NCBI GenBank assembly: GCA_002633005.1
Contig: NMRA01000197.1
Coordinates: forward strand, 68,055-132,054
Source: Phoronis australis
Lineage: Eukaryota > Animalia > Phoronida
Direction: 5' to 3'
Length of the DNA stretch: 64,000 nucleotides
This document shows positions 37,501 to 47,599 of this stretch, one piece after another. The first letter of the stretch is position 1, and each line of letters starts with the position of its first letter. The notes beneath the pieces are model-generated. The model was given only the letters and a program-made list of their open reading frames with translations. It was not told the DNA's origin and searched no databases. Made by a program: the position numbers and the translations under genes.

Positions 37501-40500
37501 GTATGAAGGACACCAAACTGAAATGCCAAGCATGTCATTTCAAAAATGGTCATCACGTTTGCGACAAACTGCCGTGCCTATTACGAGTGATGCTTGGCCG
37601 AAAGAAACTGAAGCCTTCCCACTTCTGGTAGATTCTGGAACTAATTTATTTCCAACATCTGCCTACAGAAAGACAATTGTTTCTGAGCTCGATCACAAGG
37701 TAACAGCTGCTTTGGTATCCTCTGCACATTCTTCATTCAAAACTAACACTGCAGACTTTTTGCTAGCATCTCTGATTCTAGCATACAATGAATCATTTGG
37801 GTTGAAGGATCTGCAAATTGACGTTGAAGCTCATGGTCGAGAACCATGGTCTGACGCAGACGACATTTCAAGAACTGTTGGCTGGTTCATGACAATGTTT
37901 CCCCTGAAGCTAGAAATCTACCAGGGTTCTTCAAGCGACACAACGATGGAAAACACGCTGAAATTGGTAAAAGAAAAATTAAGAAATATACCGAAGCGCG
38001 GGATGCCATTTTGGCTTTTGAAGTTTTTGAAGAACTCCGATGAGACAAAAGTTCAAAAATCAGACGTACTTTTCAATTACTATGGTCGATTCGATCAGAT
38101 TCAAACCAAAAGCGCTTTGTGGGACGTTGCCGACGAGTATCCTTGTGGTGAGGATGAGTTCAGTGCAGAAGAAAAGCTAACACATAAAGTGGTTGTTGAA
38201 TGTAGTTTGAAAGAAGAAAAACTCCACATGAAGATGTTTTACTGCACTGATATCCACCGACAGAGGACTGTAGAGTCATGGATGGCGAAATGGAAAGAGA
38301 ATTTAACAAATCTTGTGTTACACTGCACAAGAGATGACGTCTTTGGATATACACCGTCAGACTTTCCGTTGCTGAAACTTTCACAGCACCATTTAGATGA
38401 GCTCTTGTCAACAAGACTTGCACAATTGGATCTTGAAGCTGAAAACGTTTCCGACATGTATCCGTGTACACCCATGCAGGAAGGATTTTTGTTTAGTCTT
38501 TTGAAAGATACTTCTGCTTATGTGATACAAAGGTCCTGTACTATCAAGGGCTTAGTCGACCAGAACAAGCTGCAAGCCAGCGTTTACAAAGTGATTTTAA
38601 GACACGACATCTTACGAACGCGCTTTATTGCGGACAGACTAAATGGCTGCATGCAGATAGTACGGAAAACTTTCGAACCGCAGTGGACGATTGAGGACTG
38701 GTCTGATTTTGAAGAAAACCAATATACTCAAAAAGAGAATGAATATCTACGATATGACCGCCATTCAGGTTTTAATTTCTCAGAGCCAATGCTAAGGTTT
38801 GCACTCTTCAGGATTTGCAAAGATACGTTCCGCTTCATCATTTCCTCTCACCACAGTTTAGTAGACGGGCAAACGAGTTCACTGATTCTTCAGGAAATAA
38901 TACTTGCCTACAATGACGCCGTTCTGCCAGACACACCGTCGTTCAAGGAATACGTCAGGGAAATGATTGATTATAACATGACTTGCTACAAAGCTGAAGG
39001 TTTTTGGAGAGACGAAATGTATCAACTACCTGATCGTGGCAACCTTCGTTTCTTGCCCCCAGAAAATCCACAAACGGGATATGCTGTTATTCACCGCTCA
39101 ACAATGTGTGGAAAGGTGGGAGAAATTCAGAAGTATGCAGAGCGGCATGCAATTTCAGTTGCGGCGATGATCTGTGCTTCTTGGGCATATATAATTAACA
39201 AATATTCTTGTGATCCAAACGACGTCATTTTTGGTTTTGTCGTGTCTGGTCGTGGGACCTCTGATATTGAAAACATTAATAGATTAGTTGGTGTAACCAC
39301 AAACACCTTGCCATTCAGAGTGAAGATTCACGACCAACACGTTCCGGAGTGGCTACACTACATCCACGAAAAGTTAACGGCTATTCTTGAACAAGAAAAG
39401 TCATACATGTCAGATATACAAAAATGGTGTGGACTTAATTCCGATGACAGACTTTTCGAAACACTTGTATCTTACAATACAACAAACAGAGAAACCGAGT
39501 CTTCCTTAAAATCAGCATCTTTTGATGTCTGCGATGTCTATGATCATGAATTCACGGAATATCCTCTAACACTAGATATTGTCAACACGGGTAATGCCAT
39601 TGAAATCAAAGCACTGTACGACAGAAATATTATGGATGAGTTAGCAGTTGTGCAGACACTCAACCAACTAGAAAGAGCCATGTGGTGGATAGCAACAGCG
39701 TCAAAAGAAACTCGCATAAGCGAGTTTGACATTGTGAGTCCTGAAGAACATCTTGAATTGAAAAATTTCAACCCAGTCGAAAACTATGATCGACAACTGG
39801 GGCATTTCAAAGGTGTGCATCAACTATTTGAAATGATGGTAGAACGCTGTTCCAAAGACCATAAGGCATTGGTCATGGACGATGCGTCTTTAACCTACAG
39901 AGAACTCAACTCAGCTGCCAACGCCGTAGCTTCACGACTTCGATCTCTTGGCATTCTCCGTGGCGAGAAGGTTGGACTTCTCATTGATCGAGGAATAACC
40001 ATGGTTGTCGGAATGCTGGGTATCTGGAAAGCTGGAGGAGCCTTTGTTCCTATTGATGCTGCCCAGCCGTTGGACCGCGTGCAGTTCATATTGGAGGATT
40101 GTGGCTGTCAAATTGTCTTAAACTGCAGCTCAATCGACACACAAACATTACCACAGAAACACACGTATATTAATTTAAATCGCCAGACGCTCCCTACGTA
40201 CAAAAACCAGAGTGGGTGTAATCTGGATTGTGTCAATGATGCACGAGACCTTTCGTATATGATTTACACTTCGGGTACAACTGGGCGACCAAAAGGCGCC
40301 ATGGTTGAACATCGTGGTCTAATTAATTTCTTGATGTATAAGCCTGGGGGAGTTCTCGACGTGACCCCTCAAACGAACGTTATGCAGTACTTTGCCGTCG
40401 GATTTGATGGCGCAGTCTTGGAAGTGTGGACAACACTTTGTCATGGTGGGTGCCTTTTCATTCCTTCTGGCGATTTTACAAAGATTATGAAGATAGTCGA

Positions 40501-43500
40501 TGCTGTTGGGAACACACCGTCTACTCTTGCTATTCTCGACCCCAATGACTATTCTAATTTGAAGCTTGTTTTTGCGGGTGGTGAACCGTGTTCGTCAGCA
40601 ATGGTGAAGATGTGGGGCAAAAGTAGAGTTCTATTAAATGGCTACGGACCAACGGAATGCAGCATTATGTCTCACAGTGGTCGACTGTTACCAAATAAGC
40701 GAATTTCTGTTGGCAAACCACTGCCGAATACCAAAAGCTATATTCTCGACAGCTATCATCGGCTTGTTCCACCTAATATGACAGGTGAGCTTTACATAGG
40801 CGGAGTTAACGTTGGGAGAGGTTACCATAATAGACCGGATTTGACCGAAAAGGCCTTTTTGGAAAACCCCTTTGATACTGGACGAATGTATAAAACTGGT
40901 GACTTGGCAAGGTGGTTGGAAAATGGGGAAATCCAAATCATTGGGCGAATTGATCATCAAATTAAACTACGAGGCAAACGTGTAGAACTCGAAGAAGTCA
41001 GGGCTACTATTGAACGTCTTCCTGGTGTAACACAAGCACACGTCCTTGTTCAAGACAAACAACACATTGTTGCATATGTCATGTCTTCCGGTTCACTGAG
41101 TCAAGACAATCTTCTTTCAGATTTGAAGAAGAAACTTCCAGGTTTTATGGTACCGACTGCAATATTTTGCATGGAAAATTTTCCACTTACAGCAAACAAA
41201 AAGATAGACCAAAAATCTTTGCCAAAGTTTGAGCCCCAAACAACGCATTGTAAGGGTGTAACTCCGTCTAATAATCTTGAAAAAATTATTCTCAACGGTT
41301 ACAGAGAGGTTGTGGACCCGGGTTTTAACATGGAGGATGATTTCTTTGACCTTGGAGGGCACTCGCTTTCAGCAATACGACTAAAATCGCTACTTGCAGA
41401 CAATACAGGATTAGATATTTCCATGGTTGATGTTATGCAGTTCACCACGCCTGCTGACCTCTCCGCAGAACTAAGCAACAGAATGCTGTTTCCAAAGAAG
41501 AAGCAGCAAACGGCATTTATCATTCCAAAAACTTGTCCCATCGACGGTGACAAGGTTATTACGGCCAGAGCATCCTGTCGACAAGAACAAATGTGTTTAT
41601 TGTATGAACTAATTCCAAGTAGTCCAGTGTACAATGTAACTGTTATTCTAGCATGTCACGGATTCCTAAACGTGGACATTCTGAAAAAATCTCTGAGACA
41701 CATAACGACAATGCAGGGTTCGTTCCGCACCTCGTTTATGAGGTCTGCTGACAATTCTTTTTATCAAACAATAACGCCCGAAAAAGACTACGATCTGGAC
41801 TTCAGCTACTATGACTACGCAGGACAATCGGATAGCAGTCAACAGAAAGCACGTGAACGTCTGTACAAAGAAGCTGCAAAACCATTCCTTCTTTATTCTG
41901 TTCCTCTGGCCCGATTTGTACTGGTCAAACTCTCAAACGAAGTTCATCATTTGGGAATATTTATGCATCACTCCGTCACTGACGGAGCCTCGTTTAAGAT
42001 AATTATTGAACAGTTGGGTGAATGCTATTCTTCGTTACTGAATAATCATCAGTTAAACATTTCGTCACAAAGATTAAACTACATCGATTACAGCAATTGG
42101 GAAAGGAAGCTACTAGATGATGGTGAAATGGAGAGACAACTAGAGTTTTGGAAAAACAATTTAGAAAATGTTGCCACTATTATGGATTTACCGCGGGATC
42201 GCTCACGCCCCGCCATTCCATCGTATCGTGGCGCTACTGTCTTCTTTGACATTCCAGAAGTTGTTTCAGAAAAAATGATGAAATGTGCCCTTGAATGCGG
42301 GGGAACACTTTTCACATCCCTGCTGTCTACGTTTGCATTGCTGATTCGAGTGTATTGTCAAGCTGATGACGTAGTTGTGGGTGCCTTCTTCTCTGGAAGG
42401 CACAACCCCGGTGTTGAAAGTCTAGTCGGCTACTTCGTAAACACTCTTCCTGTTAGAGTTCAATTCAAGCAAAATTCCACATTCAAATCCCTTTTGAAAG
42501 ATGTAAGGAATTTGATGCTTGATGTTCTTGATAACCAGGATGTTCCATTTCAGAAGATCCTAGAATGCTTGAATGTGCCACGTGATACGTCTTATCACCC
42601 CATCATTCAAGCAGCAACAGTTCTTCAAGAAGGTTTTGCAAACAGGCACTTTGCCGATGGACTTTCTGTCGATGTTCAGACCTTTGAACAATTCACTGCA
42701 AAGTTTGACTTGAACTTGGAGTTTGTGAGACAAGATAGTGGAAAGTTGAGTGGCCATTTCGTATACAACACTGATATATTCAACCGTTCTACCATACAAA
42801 GAATGAGCCAGACTTTGTTACACTTGTTTGAAGTGCTAACAACAAACCAAGACACACCTTTCAGCTCTTTAGACTTGCTACCACCATGTCAGTCAGCCCT
42901 TATTAAATCCTTTAACAGAACGGGAGATTTTTGCAAGCTTCGCATGCACCAGCAATTTGAACAACAANNNNNNNNNNNNNNNNNNNNNNNNNNNNNNNNN
43001 NNNNNNNNNNNNNNNNNNNNNNNNNNNNNNNNNNNNNNNNNNNNNNNNNNNNNNNNNNNNNNNNNNNNNNNNNNNNNNNNNNNNNNNNNNNNNNNNNNNN
43101 NNNNNNNNNNNNNNNNNNNNNNNNNNNNNNNNNNNNNNNNNNNNNNNNNNNNNNNNNNNNNNNNNNNNNNNNNNNNNNNNNNNNGCAGGTCGCAAAGATA
43201 GGCAAGTTAAATTAAGAGCTTTCCGTGTAGAACTCGATGAAGTCGAGCATGTTATGAGGATGCAGGATGGAATTTCAAACGCAGCATCTGTCGTGAAAAA
43301 TGACGTTCTTGTGGGATACGTAACACCAGACATAGGAAGTGCTGGCGTTTTTCAACTGAAGAAAAATCTTCAAGACAAACTCCCTCGCTATATGGTTCCA
43401 TCCGTGATAGTTCCTCTGTCAGAATTTCCTATGTCAAGCTCAGAAAAGATTGATTATAAAAGCTTGCCTGAACCCAGTGTTGGTGACATCGAGATACTGA

Positions 43501-46500
43501 CTAAAAAAGAAGAAATTTTGATCGAAATATGGAGTGAGGTTCTACAAATCGATCCATCAAAAATAAAGTCAAGCGACTCATTCTTTTTTCTGGGTGGTGA
43601 TTCTATTTCTGCCATGAGAGTATTTTCTCAGGGAAGAAAACGCGGACTTCGTTTTACAGTACAACAAGTATTCCAGTCCAGAAGCCTGTCTCAGCTTGCA
43701 CATTTTGCAAAGTTTGTCGGTGTTAAAAAATCTACTATCAAGAAGAACAACAAGCAGATATCGGGCAATGTGCCCTTCACCCCTATTCAAGAATGGTTTG
43801 TCAACTTAAACCTTCGTAATCGCAATTGCTTCAACCAGTCACTACTACTAAGACCATTGCTGAACGTTAACCCAACAATCCTACAAAATGCCATTCATGA
43901 ACTTATCTCCCATCACGATATTTTGCGCGCTTCATTCACTTTTAAAGAAGGTGGGAATGCAAATCAGGAAATCCAACCATGTGACAAAGCTCGAACGCCA
44001 AAGTTGATTCACAAGAAAATTGATGAAGACCAACTAGACGATGAGCTCGGGAAACTTCAAAATTCATTGGATTTAACATCTGGTCCCCTTCTGGCGATTG
44101 GTCTATTTGACATTGTTGGCCAGCGGCAGTTTCTGTTCATAACTATCCATCACTTGGCTGTGGACCTTGTTTCTTGGCAAATCATTCTGGAAGATCTCGA
44201 AACACTATGTCGCGGAAGCTCCCTGCAACCAAAAACTTCTTCATTCAAAGAATGGTCAGAGCTTCTGGTTTCCGACTATACTCCAAGCCTCAATGCAAAT
44301 GATTGGCCAGCATTGGAACAAAGCAGTCCTTTAAAAACAGATTTTTCGAAAAGCATGGAAAGCATCGAAAGCGCAAGTCGTGTGCTTGAATCAATAGAGC
44401 TAGACAAAAATACAACAAACAAATTACTGAGTCTTAGAGGGACTCATGGGAAAGATAGCCCTTCGATTAACGACGTTCTTTTGACTGCTTTAATTGTTGC
44501 TTACTATGAGTGGACCGGAGAAGCATCGTTGACTGTTGAACAAGAATGGCACGGAAGAGAACCTTGGACTGACACACTCGATCTTTCTCGAACTGTCGGT
44601 TGGTTCACTGCTATGTTTCCTGTCACATTGGCTTTGAAAAATCATACAGACAACTTACTGGAACACCTTGAAGAAATAAAACGACGACTTCAAAGAATTC
44701 CTAATAACGGTATGCCGTACGGCGCTATGAGGTACTTGAAAAAGGACAATGATCCAAGGTTTAACCAACACAGTGACGTTGTGTTCAATTACCACGGGAG
44801 TGCCACGATGTTCTCTAAGGAGAATAGCCTGTGGGATGTTTGCACAAACGGCAATTACACTTACAACAACCAGTGTAAGTACGAAAAGATCACTCACATG
44901 TTGGCTATTGAGTGTTATATTTCTCAGGGACGCCTTCAAGCCGTCTTCATTTTTAGCAAAGACCTTCACAAGACTAAAACCATTCAATCATTGGCACAAT
45001 CCTGGAAGAAAGTAACAGAAAATATCTTAGAGTCACTTCAGCTTAGCTGCACAATTTCTGATATGCCTTCAAAAACTGATGATAACAAAGTGAAGACAAT
45101 GGAAGATGCATTGAAAGTAGCGCATATCAGTTTGGACGAGGTGGAAGATATTTACGCGTGTACACCTCTTCAAGAAGGGTTAATATTTTCTTTACTTCAA
45201 GACAAGTCGTCCTATTTAGTGCAGTTATGTTTAAACATAACAGGAAAGCTTGATGTTGAAAGATTCAAATATGCCTGGAGTATAGTTATTAAACGTCACA
45301 CAGCTTTGCGAACGAGCTTTATTATTGATTCCGGAAGCCATTCTTTGATTCAAATAGTAAGACGCCAGTCTGATCCTCAATGGGAAGTGGGATCCTGGAT
45401 TGATTCTGAAGAAACGGAGAGTAGTTTTGTAAACTTAGACAGGGCGAAGGGATTCAGTGCAAACGGAATTCTAATTAGATTTGCTTTAATGAAAACAAGC
45501 GAGTGCAGCCACAAGTTTATTTGGACCTTCCATCATTCGGTTGTTGACGGATGGTCTTCTCCGCTCGTCCTCAGAGACGTTTTGAAAGTTTATCATGCTC
45601 ACGATCTTCCACCCGCCCCTTTGTTTCGTCTGTTTGTGGAAAATTGCAAATCTCGGGACATGCTCGCTGCACAAACTTTCTGGTCACAATATTTGTCAAA
45701 TCTGAAACCAAAACGTATCTTGACATTGTCGACAAATCAGGGATCCTCTGAATGTGACACGAAGCAGGTGTTGCGTACATTTTCTACAAAGCTGGAAGAT
45801 TTGAAGAAATTTGCAAGGGAAAACAGTTTAACGACAACCTCTGTCATGTATGGCGCGTGGGCATTAGTTTTGGATCGGTATTGCAGTAGCCACAGGAAAG
45901 ACGTAGTCGTGGCCGTTGTCGTCGCGTCGCGAAGTGCCGACATTGAAGGAGTCGAAGACGTAGTTGGTCTACTGCTCAACACCTTGCCACTTCGCATAAC
46001 TTTGCCTTCTGACGAAAAAGTAACTTTTATAGAATGGCTGAAGACCATCCACGAAAATCAAGCTGCAATAATGGCTTATGATTATTGCAATTTAGCTGAC
46101 ATACGGAAATGGAGCGGTCTTCCAAGAGATCAGAATCTGCTTGATACTCTGGTTACATACGAAAATTACCCAGCGTTTGAAAACTTTAAAGACCAAGAAA
46201 TCGAATTTTGTGCAATCCATGGATATGAAGATATCGATTTGCCTTTGGGAGTTCTTTTTGGTGACGACGGCGAATATCTCATGGCTAAGTTCATGTACGA
46301 CGCAAATAGGGTCAGCAATGAATTAGCCCACCAGATGTTGGCTCACTTGAACAATCTTTTAGATGAGATACTCCTTTCTGATAGCTCAAAACCAGTGATT
46401 CATGCCGAGATTGACACTAAACATGCCAGTGTCGAAAGTCCACTAACTGACGACGTGACGTACTCGCTCTGCATTAAAGATCAACATGGTCGATCTTGTC

Positions 46501-47539
46501 CAAACGGTGTTATCGGGAACTTGTATATACAATTCAACAAGGATGATGACGTGCTTTACACTGGTGTTCTTGCAGCATCACAGATTAACGGTGACATAAC
46601 AGTCGTTTTGGACAACGAAGTAAACTCAATACCAAAGGAACTCGATGGGATTGAAGGTTTGCGAGGCTGTTTTATTTCAGAAACTAATGAAGGTGTATTT
46701 GCCTTCATTACCTCCGAGTATCCCATGCCCTCTGCGACATTGCAGAATCTCAAATCGATACTTGGAAGGGCACATGCACCATTGTTTGTTCTACCAGTTC
46801 ACTTCACCGTTGTCAGTAAAAACGTTCTTAAAGAAGTAACCGAAGTACCGTCGGAAGTCCGGCAAACGGAATCCAAACAATCGTGGCAAGGTAACAGTGA
46901 CGTCATGGAAATGTTGACCGACAAGGAATTGATGCTTNTCTGCTTGGAAGTACTCCATTCGAGTCAATTCCTCAACTTGCCTCGCTGTATGTAGAGCGAA
47001 TGAAGCAGTTGGACTTCTTTTACACTGAAACCCCGTATGTTCTAGTTGGATATTCGTCAGGCGGGGCTATAGCTTTTGAAATTGCGCTGCAGCTTCAAAA
47101 GATTGCCCGCAGACCGGAGACGCTAGTTATTCTTGACGGAAGCCCGGATTTAATCGCAAAAGCATACACGAGAATCTTGAAGAGCTCCGAAAAGCAGATG
47201 GAGGCTCACGAGAAATGGCTTCAAAACACTTGGAATGAAAAAGGCTTGAACGAAGACGATTTGAAGGTTGGACTGTCACTGTTTCGAGAAACTCTGAATA
47301 TTTACGCCTCCTACGTTCCTTCCACCATTTACGACGGAGACGTCAAGCTGGTACTTGCAACTGATATACTAAAACAAGGACCGCTATCTGAAACTCTTGC
47401 TGAGCTTCAAAAACAAGAGCGCGACTATGGCACCCAACGTTTGTGCTCTAAACCAGTGCGAGTTGTTGACGTTGATGGCGACCATTACACCATGATGAGA
47501 GACGAAAAACAGATTATAGCGAAGACTGTTGTCGAATAG
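34520..47539 (+). CDS. Multimodular non-ribosomal peptide synthetase: C*-A-T-E-C-A-T-C-A-T-E-C-A(vestigial)-[T]-TE
   Basis: Open frames 34520-42967, 43185-46937 and 46940-47539 are separated only by N. A1 35240-36725 (YTSGSTGKPKG, FDLS, NGKVDR); T1 GGDS 36902; E1 HHLVVDLVSW 37442, EAHGRE, RTVGWF; C2 HHSLVDG 38849; A2 39815-41225 (YTSGTTGRPKG, NGYGPTE, YKTGDL); T2 GGHS 41354; C3 HHSVTDG 41966; A3 42944-43470 (mostly in gap, GRKDRQVK, LPRYMVP); T3 GGDS 43593; E2 HHLAVDLVSW 44148; C4 HHSVVDG 45531; TE GYSSG 47048, LDG, GDHY. Confidence 0.96.
42968..43184. other. Assembly gap inside adenylation domain A3
   Basis: 217 N between the A-domain start (MHQQFEQQ) and motif A8 (GRKD). Confidence 1.
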
Positions 47540-47593
47540 TCCGTGTAAAAAGCTATATTTCTGTTTCACTGGACCTACTATTGGTACTAGGTA

Positions 47594-47599
47594 AATAAA
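47594..47599 (+). terminator. Candidate polyadenylation signal of the NRPS gene
   Basis: AATAAA about 55 nt downstream of the TAG stop (47537-47539). Confidence 0.5.

Noticed and set aside
34520-47539. NRPS as a bacterial contaminant contig
   Set aside because: It is contiguous without N with eukaryotic TEs on both sides, has splice and poly(A) signals, lacks operon neighbours, and has base composition visually similar to the flanks. Not fully excluded without read data.
47000-47539. Standalone type II thioesterase gene
   Set aside because: TE-like sequence continues upstream in frame to N46938 and the N-terminal part is missing, so it is best read as the NRPS C-terminus.
34520-47539. ACV synthetase (pcbAB) or ebony orthologue
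   Set aside because: Domain order differs (Cys-type A first, two E domains, extra C module), so no gene symbol was assigned.
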